Below are positions 36,880 to 45,529 of a stretch of DNA of 64,000 bases, in pieces. This stretch comes from a virus: positions 64,001 to 128,000 of the IMG/VR virus record IMGVR_UViG_3300047489_000453. One strand, 5' to 3'. Under the pieces are notes generated by a model, which ran no database searches, had not been told where the DNA came from, and saw nothing but the letters and a program-made list of their open reading frames with translations. Positions within the stretch are counted from its first letter, which is position 1. Each line of letters opens with the position of its first letter. The position numbers and the translations under genes are program-made.

Positions 36880-37637
36880 AGACTTATACCGTCCATCATC
36901 TTTCTTATAAGGATGTCATGGTCTTCTGAAAGAGCCTTGAACAGAGCTTCTTCTGTAATTGCGTGTGATTCTTTTTTTATAAAGTGGTCATACATTCCAG
37001 AGGCTGATAGCCTTGTCTGGGCGGCCGACCTACTGCCGGCTCCGTGATGGTAAAACATGTGGCCATATATGCCGCCAAATAGCGGATGAAAGTTAATTTT
37101 GTTTGTTCTAACCATTGGAAGAAAGTCTCTGTCAAAATCAACGTAGTTTGTTGACAGTTCGGTAAATAGGTCCCCCAGCATGTTAATCTGGGGTCTCATG
37201 TTAAAATTTATGCCTTTTTCTATGAGAGTTCTGTGGGCCATAAGAGCGCAGGGATGAGGAAAGGTGTCAAAGTTTTCACACCTTACTATGGCAACTCCTA
37301 GCTTTCCCTTTTCTGACATAAGTCTTTCGCACACTATAAACCAGTCATCAGTTATAGGCCAGGCGTCGCTGTCTAGAGTCAAAAACCAATCACAGTCAGA
37401 GCTCTTAAATGCTTCTGTCAAAGCCAGTAGGCCGCTTAGATGGCCTTTATTGTAGTTCCAAGACTTTACTATTGAGTAACCACTATTTACCCACGGTAAC
37501 TCGGCGGCTCCGTTTATGGCTACTTTTTTTATAATCTCTACGTGCTTGGTTTTATCAAGATAACTAGATTGAAGGCGGGCCCATACTTTGTTTCTTTCTG
37601 TAGGTGCCGCTACAGTGCAGGCCATTATTTTAGACAT
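36876..37637 (-). CDS. Putative glycosyltransferase
   Basis: FLTLDSDAWP (DxD), HP, YHHGAGSR. Confidence 0.6.
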   Translation of the reverse strand: MSKIMACTVAAPTERNKVWARLQSSYLDKTKHVEIIKKVAINGAAELPWVNSGYSIVKSWNYNKGHLSGLLALTEAFKSSDCDWFLTLDSDAWPITDDWFIVCERLMSEKGKLGVAIVRCENFDTFPHPCALMAHRTLIEKGINFNMRPQINMLGDLFTELSTNYVDFDRDFLPMVRTNKINFHPLFGGIYGHMFYHHGAGSRSAAQTRLSASGMYDHFIKKESHAITEEALFKALSEDHDILIRKMMDGISL

Positions 37638-37647
37638 TTTTATCTTT

Positions 37648-38205
37648 CTAAATATCTACAAGGTTCTCGGACATTTTAACTTTGGGCACGTTATGGGCTT
37701 TCTTAAGGCTTGAATAAATTGCGCACCAATAAAAATTCTTATCTTTGTATCCAATCGACTTACCTATACCAAATCTGTCGTACTTTCCAAGAATTATGGC
37801 CTTATGGGACTCTGACGTAAACCATGACTTCATTAGCCCTTTAGCGTCTCCGTTTACAGAAAATGATATACATTCGCCAAGAAGCTCTGGTTCCCTGCCT
37901 ACTATTGCCATTCTTTGGACTGGTCCAAAGAAGCTAAATCCCATATGTGAAACGCTTTGTGAATTAGACATCCATGTCGCATGTGACTGGGCTACCAAGG
38001 CACAATCAGAGTCCATTACTAGCGGAGGCAGTTCATATACTTCCCTAGTTTTGTTGTGCAGCTCTAGTATTTCAACTGCCTCGGTATTGGTTATCATGTT
38101 GTCATCCTTGACGGATGGCCTTGTGGGCCTAACGTCCATGATCATCCTAAGGAAGCTGCTTATAGCATTCATCAAAGTATTTACCAGCCTTCTACATTGT
38201 GCCAT
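37648..38205 (-). CDS. CAP/SCP domain protein
   Basis: HN..R, AQSHA..M....SH, W..S..H..IIL..Y..FGIG, YW. Confidence 0.85.
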   Translation of the reverse strand: MAQCRRLVNTLMNAISSFLRMIMDVRPTRPSVKDDNMITNTEAVEILELHNKTREVYELPPLVMDSDCALVAQSHATWMSNSQSVSHMGFSFFGPVQRMAIVGREPELLGECISFSVNGDAKGLMKSWFTSESHKAIILGKYDRFGIGKSIGYKDKNFYWCAIYSSLKKAHNVPKVKMSENLVDI

Positions 38206-40111
38206 ATTGTTGCTGTAATACCATCCTTGCGCCCTGGGTCTGGGCCTGCTGCCTAATATTATTTATGGTCTGTTTAACCAAGCTATGTATCACTGGATCC
38301 TGTGATTTAAGCTTTGTCATCTCAGACTGTCTCTGCGACTCTGGCATAGCAAGCATTTGATTTGCTAGAGCGTTTGCTTTGTCCTGTAGATCCTGTGGCG
38401 TGATCTTTTGGTTTGGAGCAGTAGGTGTGGCAATAGACATACCTTGGGCTGCCATACCAGCTGCCCCTGACGGAGGGGCGCTTTGAGCTGGGCCTGGAGG
38501 AGGCTGAGCACCAGCAGGAGCCTGCCCTCCGCCTTGATCTCCTTGAGCTTGAGATTGCATAAACTGAGTTGTGACAGACGGGGCCATCTGCTCCATAAGG
38601 GCAGAATCCTCCATATTCTTTTGCATTTTGGCCTGCTCTTCTTGAACAAACCTTTGCTCGTCAAGAATCTGTCTCTGCTCTTCTTTGAAGTCCATTCCAA
38701 GACTGCGAAGCACGCCTGTTTGGCTAACCTGCTGTGCCTGCATAAGCTGCATCTTGGACATAATGAGCTGTACATCATCAAGAATGGTAGGCTTGATAAG
38801 GCGGCAAGTAGCCGGCTCCCATCCAAAAGCGTCGCCGATGGATTTGGTAGTCTCTGTAAGAAATCCGTTAAGGCAGTGTATTAGGTACTGCCAGCTAGAC
38901 TCAAATAGCCTTATAGCTGGAAGAGCCGCCTGTAGGCTTAGAGTGCCTCTGTACAATTCTGCTGGCATACCAAAGCCGTTTAACAGCATATTTATACCTG
39001 ATTCAAGCAGATCGGTAGGAGCCAGGTTTCTGGCTTCTCCGCCAAGCATTTGGTATTGAACAGGTGTGCTTAAGAAGTGCCATGACGCTGGGTCTCTGCG
39101 TCTCTTTCTTAACATAGCCTGAACCTGACCTCGTAACCCGCCAAGATCCATATTCATCAAAGGATCTCCAGCCTCTGGCAGCGAGCTTGATTGGGGCGCA
39201 GGAGTAAGCACTCTGAACGGTATTACATAGTCTAGAGCTATGGCTTCGTTATATCTGTGAAGGACTTGGCAATACCAGGCATGTCTGAAATTAACTAGCG
39301 TTCTAGAAATACCCCATCCTCTTGACCTAACTCCTGACAGGGTAGGTTCGTACATATGGTGCACGGCTTTCCTATCAAATAGCAAAAAACCGTTAGCTGC
39401 TATGGCTTCTACTATTTCCCATGGAGCAGTCTCTAAAACTTGAGGATCTCCCCTTCTTACCTGCATCCTATAGTCTTCTGGTATTCTCCAGAGATAGTCT
39501 CTGTTATCCCTGACAGGGTCGTACCTTACTTCCATCTCAAAAGCCGGCCACCTTCTTACTCTTACTTCCTCTGGCTCATTAGTTCTTCTGTCTACTCTTT
39601 TCCAGTGGCCGCTGTATTTACACCTTGGGCAATTTGCGTGGAAATCGGGCATTTTCCATTTAAAAGAAAAAGCTGGGTTATTAATTACCTGCTTTAATGG
39701 AACGTCTAGACTGCACTGTGGGCAGTAAAGATAGCGCCTAAATGGAATTACTAGGGTTGTGAAGCTGTTACCGTAGCATAGAAAATCAAGGCCTACCGAA
39801 TGCAGTATGGTCCTTATGTCTAGAGTATCATTTAGAAATGATAGGTACTTCTGCTTCTCGTCGTCGCCTATATCTTTATCGTTCAGGCCTCTAATCTCAA
39901 TGTCAGTGATAAAATAGCTAAGAACTCTACGAGCCGCTTCACGAATCATTGAGTTTGAGTGAAATATGAATTCGCAATACCTCAAAGCATCCCTGATATT
40001 CTCAGGCATTACTGTTGATGCATAATCCATGAACGGATCTGGAAAAGGCTCGTCGCCCCTACTATTTAAAGCCCAGCCCCGTCCTAGCGCGCCTTCTGAG
40101 TAATCTGACAT
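38192..40111 (-). CDS. Probable portal protein with zinc-ribbon insertion
   Basis: Size, portal-like helical layout, RGWG.S motif, Q/P-rich disordered tail; CPQC..CPRC insert. Confidence 0.5.
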   Translation of the reverse strand: MSDYSEGALGRGWALNSRGDEPFPDPFMDYASTVMPENIRDALRYCEFIFHSNSMIREAARRVLSYFITDIEIRGLNDKDIGDDEKQKYLSFLNDTLDIRTILHSVGLDFLCYGNSFTTLVIPFRRYLYCPQCSLDVPLKQVINNPAFSFKWKMPDFHANCPRCKYSGHWKRVDRRTNEPEEVRVRRWPAFEMEVRYDPVRDNRDYLWRIPEDYRMQVRRGDPQVLETAPWEIVEAIAANGFLLFDRKAVHHMYEPTLSGVRSRGWGISRTLVNFRHAWYCQVLHRYNEAIALDYVIPFRVLTPAPQSSSLPEAGDPLMNMDLGGLRGQVQAMLRKRRRDPASWHFLSTPVQYQMLGGEARNLAPTDLLESGINMLLNGFGMPAELYRGTLSLQAALPAIRLFESSWQYLIHCLNGFLTETTKSIGDAFGWEPATCRLIKPTILDDVQLIMSKMQLMQAQQVSQTGVLRSLGMDFKEEQRQILDEQRFVQEEQAKMQKNMEDSALMEQMAPSVTTQFMQSQAQGDQGGGQAPAGAQPPPGPAQSAPPSGAAGMAAQGMSIATPTAPNQKITPQDLQDKANALANQMLAMPESQRQSEMTKLKSQDPVIHSLVKQTINNIRQQAQTQGARMVLQQQYGTM

Positions 40112-40156
40112 ACAACAAGCCTCCTAAGGCCCACTAGAAACAATTGTTTTGTAAGA

Positions 40157-40915
40157 TTAAAGAACACCATTGCCTGGTTTAAATTCCTTGGGTTTCTCAT
40201 CAATATAATCATAACCGCTTTGTGGAGACGCCTCCACTTCTTTATCCTTATCAATATTGTCCTTAACTTCGTCTGGAAGATCCTTTTCCTGGCTTATTGG
40301 AACCAGGCAATGCTCGTATGGGCCGAACTTATGGTGTATTGCTGGCGGCTTGATAAGGAACAAGCTATCTATGCCGTCAACCATAACGCCTATAAAAGCA
40401 GCAGACTCATTAGCCAGCTTGCTTGTAAACGGATAAAACTCTCCTGAGCCAGCATACCTTAAGTCAGTTGTTAAAACCAGATAACCAGGAACTACTGTTA
40501 CCCCATGATATTTGTAGTTCAAAGTTGCCAATCCAGGCATATCAAAATAAACTCTTACAGATGGCGGAATTACGGCAGAGTCTGGTAAAGGTGCTGACGG
40601 GTGGACATGATTACCGCCGTCTAAGGTAGGAGACACTGTGCCAAGATTAGGAGGCGGAGACCCGGTAAGATCGCTTCTAAATTTCTTCAAGTTTTCAGCT
40701 ATTACCTTTGATCTGTCAGTCTCGCTTAAAGACCTTAGCTCATTTACCTTGTCTTGTTTGACAGCGTACGGGTTGCCGCCTAGAGACTTCATAGCATTAA
40801 GGTCTATAGTGAATGAGTCTAGTTCATGGGGGTCTACTACTATTTTTGTTACGTTTTTGTTTGAATCTATGTTTGATCCATTGGTTATAGAAGCCAGGCC
40901 ATTATGATCATTCAT
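40157..40915 (-). CDS. Hypothetical protein
   Basis: ORF with AAGGA RBS. Confidence 0.6.
   Translation of the reverse strand: MNDHNGLASITNGSNIDSNKNVTKIVVDPHELDSFTIDLNAMKSLGGNPYAVKQDKVNELRSLSETDRSKVIAENLKKFRSDLTGSPPPNLGTVSPTLDGGNHVHPSAPLPDSAVIPPSVRVYFDMPGLATLNYKYHGVTVVPGYLVLTTDLRYAGSGEFYPFTSKLANESAAFIGVMVDGIDSLFLIKPPAIHHKFGPYEHCLVPISQEKDLPDEVKDNIDKDKEVEASPQSGYDYIDEKPKEFKPGNGVL
40222..40237. repeat. Dispersed palindrome copy GTGGAGACGCCTCCAC
   Basis: 1 mismatch; inside a CDS. Confidence 0.8.
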
Positions 40916-41154
40916 CTGTTATTCCTTTCGTTTACCTAACAATGTTAGTTTATAATCTAACTTTTTACTGTTTTACGTCTGAATAAGCAACATGATATCA
41001 ATAGAAAGGATTATAAGTTTTCTTGAAGAAGTCCAATTATTTATTGAGACTAGCACTTGGTTCCATTATGTTTTTGCCTTGTCTGCCGTATATCTTACGA
41101 TTAACGCCCCGCTTATTATAGACTACTTATTAGGCAGTGATCCTTTTGATGGCT

Positions 41155-41196
41155 AATAGCTAAAAAAAATCACAGGAGCGAACTCCTGTGATTTTT
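41155..41196. terminator. Terminator with T8AGCTATT tail
   Basis: AAAAATCACAGGAG-TTCG-CTCCTGTGATTTTT on the minus strand. Confidence 0.85.
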
Positions 41197-41198
41197 GG

Positions 41199-41399
41199 TT
41201 AGTCTTCGTAGATCATCTCTACGACCTCTAACCGGTAGCAGTCGTTACCAAGAAAGTTTTCTAGCTTCTTGGTCAGGTCAAGCATTGATTCTGCTTTGAC
41301 CATGGTTCTATACTGCCCTCCGCCTGGGAGTACAGTCCTGGATGGGCAGGGGTAAAGCCACGCTATTACTGCGTAGCTTGTTTCATCTTTTTCTTCTAT
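41199..41399 (-). CDS. 66-aa ORF with probable ATA start (not in ORF track)
   Basis: AAGGAG 8 nt before ATA; overlaps the upstream TAG; ends at the terminator. Confidence 0.4.
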   Translation of the reverse strand: MEEKDETSYAVIAWLYPCPSRTVLPGGGQYRTMVKAESMLDLTKKLENFLGNDCYRLEVVEMIYED

Positions 41400-41590
41400 T
41401 GTACTATCTCCTTATAAAAGGGATAAACCTTAACAACATAAACTTCAACAGTGTTATTCGAAACCGTCTCTATCCTAACGTCGCCAATGAAGTTGTTTTC
41501 ATCGGCAAATTTTAACGCTTTATGGACTATCTGTCTTTCCAATACAGTATCCAAAGACCAGTTGTTACAAACTTCAGCCTGAAGAATCAT
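41396..41590 (-). CDS. Small hypothetical protein
   Basis: GGAGGT RBS. Confidence 0.55.
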   Translation of the reverse strand: MILQAEVCNNWSLDTVLERQIVHKALKFADENNFIGDVRIETVSNNTVEVYVVKVYPFYKEIVQ

Positions 41591-41610
41591 AGTAACGTAA
41601 CCTCCGTGTT

Positions 41611-41661
41611 AAAAAATGAACCGGGTCTATCAAAACGAATGATTTAGTTTGATAGACCCGG
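41611..41661 (-). terminator. Terminator closing the putative large ncRNA
   Basis: 14-bp perfect stem CCGGGTCTATCAAA/TTTGATAGACCCGG, then TTCATTTTTT. Confidence 0.75.
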
Positions 41662-42230
41662 CCTGGTATGACGCCCGCCCAGACAGAATAGTTACAAGAC
41701 CGAAGTCTTTTATTCCCTGAGGCCGAACGGCGTTTTTGAGAAGATCGCTCAGACCTGGCTTTAGTTGACTAGCAGGGTTGAAAGCTTATAGCAGTAACCC
41801 AAGGCCAACAACACCAGCTGTTAGGTATAGTAATCCGCCGACGCTAATCGACAAACCTCTATACTAGCCGAACACCTTCTCCCCGTTAGATAATGCTACT
41901 TCACGGTTTAGGCAGCATTCTGACTAGGCGCTCTGGAACTAAGGGTATATCGAAACGAGTCAGACTAGTTATTAAAGGCTTGCGCCCTTAAAGGTCAGAA
42001 TGAGGTATTCGAAACGGCCTAAGCCTTATCTTAGCTCTGATCGACCTGGAAGTAGGTAGGCAAACTTATTACTGCGTTGGCGCTACTTGCGAGTCGCACG
42101 AAACCCGGTAAGAGAGGTATGTGTTTTATACTCTCCGCAGGGTAAGGCAGCAATGAGCCAGCTACGTACTCAGACTGGAGACGTCAGATTCTCCGGCCAC
42201 CGGAACTAATTGCTCAGCTCCGATACGAAG
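41611..42230 (-). ncRNA. Putative large structured noncoding RNA (~570-620 nt), class unknown
   Basis: No ORF of 60 aa or more on either strand; more than 12 stems with G-U pairs on the minus strand; GCAA and cUUCGg tetraloops; possible pseudoknot. Confidence 0.65.
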
Positions 42231-42232
42231 GA

Positions 42233-42922
42233 TTACTCCTCCGATTTTTTTATTACCTTGCTTTTCTTAGCAAGGTTATAGCCCATTCCCAGCTTATTAA
42301 GCTGGTGCTGAAAGCCGTATTGGGTTATGAAGTTTCCTTCATCACCCAGTAGGCCCTCAAAATCATAACACTGCGGGTTATCATCCCCCAGAACGAACCC
42401 CTCTGGGAGGAGTTCGTTGGGGATGAAAGTAAAATCCCCCATTTTATTTTTTATTAAGGTTTGGTAAAGAGCGTCCAGCTTTTTAGGCTCGTTAGAGCCC
42501 GCAAACCTGGACAACCCACCTATATCCAACACGTCTAAGTCTGGTACCTGACTTTCTAAAAAGCCGGTCACCAGTTTTGGTTGTCTCATGTGAACGCATT
42601 CCTGCGTCGACAGCCTAGCCTCCGCTAGGCAAGCAGCTGCCGCCACATACGGGTTTTTTCCCAGCCCGTGAAGGGCTGGTATGAACGAGCAGACTGCCTG
42701 GCGCTTGCCATCGCGCCACTGCCATATGGTAACCGAACGGTTACCATATCTGGACAGACATATTACCTTTTCAATAGGTAATATTTTGTTGAGCAGCACT
42801 GTCTTTGGCTTCTCTGGAAGCCAACACATCCACGCTTTGTCGTCGAACTTCCCACCAAATATCCTTTTTACTCCTAGTTCGGCGACCTGATCCATAGAAA
42901 CCTCAGACGCTACTACATCCAT
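42233..42922 (-). CDS. Hypothetical protein immediately upstream of the putative ncRNA
   Basis: AAGGAG RBS. Confidence 0.65.
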   Translation of the reverse strand: MDVVASEVSMDQVAELGVKRIFGGKFDDKAWMCWLPEKPKTVLLNKILPIEKVICLSRYGNRSVTIWQWRDGKRQAVCSFIPALHGLGKNPYVAAAACLAEARLSTQECVHMRQPKLVTGFLESQVPDLDVLDIGGLSRFAGSNEPKKLDALYQTLIKNKMGDFTFIPNELLPEGFVLGDDNPQCYDFEGLLGDEGNFITQYGFQHQLNKLGMGYNLAKKSKVIKKSEE

Positions 42923-42941
42923 GACTGACTCCTTTCATGGG

Positions 42942-43229
42942 CTACCTTCTGGGCAGCCATTTAACGCTGTCAAAAGGGACAGCTACCTTGGTGCGCCTTG
43001 CACCTCTATCGCCACCTTTAAGGGTGCAGATAAGTCTGTTCCCCTTAGAGTGGCGGCGAGTAACTTCTATGTACTCGCCATCTATTAGGACATGCGGCTT
43101 CAAGGGAAGCCTCTTATTCCCCTTGTTTGAGCCTTTACTAAAAGCCCAAACAAGGAACCCTATGATGGATATGGCAAATAATGCTTCCATTGGGTGTCCT
43201 TTCTTGTCGCCAATAACACATGGCAACAT
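42942..43229 (-). CDS. Small membrane-anchored basic protein
   Basis: TM segment ALFAISIIGFLVWAF; likely start at MEALF. Confidence 0.55.
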   Translation of the reverse strand: MLPCVIGDKKGHPMEALFAISIIGFLVWAFSKGSNKGNKRLPLKPHVLIDGEYIEVTRRHSKGNRLICTLKGGDRGARRTKVAVPFDSVKWLPRR

Positions 43230-43234
43230 AATAT

Positions 43235-43260
43235 TATGACGCGTTTTTGCCCTGAATTTA
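43235..43260 (-). promoter_or_regulatory. Phage promoter motif TAAATT-N14-GTCATA
   Basis: Exact motif and spacing; upstream of the operon ending in the putative ncRNA. Confidence 0.7.
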
Positions 43261-43263
43261 GGG

Positions 43264-43626
43264 CTAGGAATTGAACTCTTCGTCGTCGTCGATCACATCT
43301 GGATCATCAAAAAGAAAGCCGTCTACGTCTATCTCGACGGAGTCATCGACATGGGTAAGATCGGCTTCGATAATGTTGTTACTTGATATAAGCTTTCTTG
43401 GAGGAAGTGAAATGTGCCATCTCTCGCCTTTGACTATAAAGCAAGATACTCTTTTCTTGACTAGTTTTCTAAGCTCAACTACAAGGTCGTCCTTGGCAGT
43501 AAACTCCTTGCACTCGGGCTTTCCAAAATCAGGCACCACTATCAGATAGAACTTGTCAGGGTTGCTATCTTCAGCATGGCCTGTTTCAGGTTCGCTCTGG
43601 CCATTGTGCATCTGGTCCGCCTTCAT
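43264..43626 (-). CDS. Hypothetical protein with acidic tail
   Basis: ORF track. Confidence 0.55.
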   Translation of the reverse strand: MKADQMHNGQSEPETGHAEDSNPDKFYLIVVPDFGKPECKEFTAKDDLVVELRKLVKKRVSCFIVKGERWHISLPPRKLISSNNIIEADLTHVDDSVEIDVDGFLFDDPDVIDDDEEFNS

Positions 43627-43885
43627 AAATAATCGTCAAGGCAATTAATACTGCTCGGCTAGTCATATCCTTGTCGAGCCACCGGCTGCTAATTCCTGGT
43701 GGAGACGTAGACACAATTGTAACCCTGTTAGTAGCAACCCAATAGTTAATAGACTCGTCCAGAGGCTCAGTTACTTTAACCAGTCTCCAGTCATCAGGCG
43801 CTGCTCCTGCTGGTCGCTCGTATATTCTTTCTTCCACGAAAGTTTTAGTCTTTAAAAGCCTGGACTCATTGGTCGAGTGGTTCAT
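43586..43885 (-). CDS. Hypothetical protein
   Basis: ORF track. Confidence 0.5.
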   Translation of the reverse strand: MNHSTNESRLLKTKTFVEERIYERPAGAAPDDWRLVKVTEPLDESINYWVATNRVTIVSTSPPGISSRWLDKDMTSRAVLIALTIIYEGGPDAQWPERT

Positions 43886-44531
43886 TATTAATAGCCCTCA
43901 TTAACCTTATAGCTTCCCTATCTGCCGGTTTTTTAACTAGCTGTGGTACAGGGTAACCTGTGCATATCCAGCTGCAGGCAGATCCTTTTAGATCCCAAAC
44001 ATAAGGTTCTATGAACTTTCCTGGCATCTTCGGGTCAGGTATCTTAACCTTTACAGCCTCACAAAGAAACATGTAATTTTTGGCCCTATTTAGAATAGTC
44101 ATCTTTCCAATAGCTTTTTCTATATGTGGCCAGTGCTCAATTGAAGTAAAAGCCAACATCCTGTCATGGCCGCCGCTGTTGTCAATAAAGTCAAAGTTAC
44201 TGAATAACTTTCGGTTAAAAGTAAGAATGTTTACAACATCGTCTTTGCCACACCAGGCCTGATATTCGGCAAGGGGGTCAAAGTCTAATCCTCCCTTTGA
44301 GAACAGGGACGTATGGTTAAAGAATACGAAGTCCGAGGACAAGTCAGATAGCGAGCTAGACACATCAGCCCTTTTAAGAGGGGGCATCTTTTTGAGCTCT
44401 TCGGCTGACGGGGTATCTATTCTGCCGTCAACAATGCCTTCCTCTACCGGAACTTTTCCTATTAGCTCATACTCCGGTATGGACTTCATGTAGTCTTCTA
44501 CAACTTCTTGTGATAATCTCTTGCCGCTCAT
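43866..44531 (-). CDS. Hypothetical protein
   Basis: ORF track; tight packing. Confidence 0.6.
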   Translation of the reverse strand: MSGKRLSQEVVEDYMKSIPEYELIGKVPVEEGIVDGRIDTPSAEELKKMPPLKRADVSSSLSDLSSDFVFFNHTSLFSKGGLDFDPLAEYQAWCGKDDVVNILTFNRKLFSNFDFIDNSGGHDRMLAFTSIEHWPHIEKAIGKMTILNRAKNYMFLCEAVKVKIPDPKMPGKFIEPYVWDLKGSACSWICTGYPVPQLVKKPADREAIRLMRAINNEPLDQ

Positions 44532-44533
44532 TA

Positions 44534-45529
44534 TTATTTCCTAGGTATGGTTAGCACTATATTTGAGTGTTTATCCCTTACAAAAACACTGGTCTCGTCT
44601 GAGAAGCATTCGTAATAGTTAGACTTGTCAACCATTATTGATAAAGCCTCAGAGTCTTTTACTTTATCGTCAGAGTCGGCTTCCTGGAAAGCTAGAAAGA
44701 CTACGCCTCTGGCGCACGTACTTAGTGTGCAATTGTTAAAGCACATATGGGCCTTTTTAAGGCTGGTATAGTTCTTTTCAGAATAACCGTACCCGGCGCT
44801 CAGCTCGTCTACAACCATGACTTCAAGAGTTTTAAGTTTGCTGCCCTCGGCCATTAAATCTTTAATACCGCCACTACTGCGGCATTTTAATCTACCCTGC
44901 CAGTCTTCAGGTTTGACTCTTTTATAGTTTTTATTGAGCTTTTTGTTAAAGGTTTTAAGGCTTAGATGCAGGCAGCAATTTTCATTAATTTCACACCTAT
45001 CTAGGACATGAGCTATTACTGCGTCTAGGTCTTCGCGTTTACCGAGGAAAATATTAGGCACGTTGGAATTGATAATGTCGTCATTATCAAACCCAGCGTC
45101 AAACCTTTGCATATACTTTTCCCTGTTGTACACAGGTTTAAGAGACGGCATAGCTTTAGTGGACGCTGCCTGCTTGATCTTAACTACATTGTCAGAAAGG
45201 TACTTGGAGGCCTTTCCGCATGCCTTTGAGATTCTAAACGATTCTATAGGCGTAGCCTTGGCTATATGGATTACATCTTTTTTCAGCTTTTCAACGGACG
45301 CCTCGTCAGCGCCCATGGCTACTGCTTTTGACTTAATATCGTCAAGCGCCGCTTTTTCCAGCATTCTAGACAGCCTTAAGGCGTCCATAAAATACAGGCT
45401 GCTGGTGTTGTCTCCTGTCTCAAGTAAAAGACTTTTGAAAGAGTCCTTTGTAGCCTCAGTTATTTTCCTGTTACTTACTCTCATTGCCGTTATCCTTTCT
45501 TTTATCAAATCCCATTCCATATTGCTCAA
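44534..45529 (-). CDS. Hypothetical protein, possibly a degenerate P-loop fold
   Basis: Walker-B-like VMVVDE, no intact Walker A. Confidence 0.45.
   Translation of the reverse strand: MSNMEWDLIKERITAMRVSNRKITEATKDSFKSLLLETGDNTSSLYFMDALRLSRMLEKAALDDIKSKAVAMGADEASVEKLKKDVIHIAKATPIESFRISKACGKASKYLSDNVVKIKQAASTKAMPSLKPVYNREKYMQRFDAGFDNDDIINSNVPNIFLGKREDLDAVIAHVLDRCEINENCCLHLSLKTFNKKLNKNYKRVKPEDWQGRLKCRSSGGIKDLMAEGSKLKTLEVMVVDELSAGYGYSEKNYTSLKKAHMCFNNCTLSTCARGVVFLAFQEADSDDKVKDSEALSIMVDKSNYYECFSDETSVFVRDKHSNIVLTIPRK

Noticed and set aside
41667-41692. Additional N14 promoter copy
   Set aside because: GTCATA is present but the upstream box (ACTATT) does not match, and it lies inside the structured RNA.
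41611-42230. tRNA, tmRNA, RNase P or group I/II intron identity for the structured region
   Set aside because: No cloverleaf or CCA end, no GAGGAAAGUCC, no domain V or P7 consensus, and it does not interrupt a gene.
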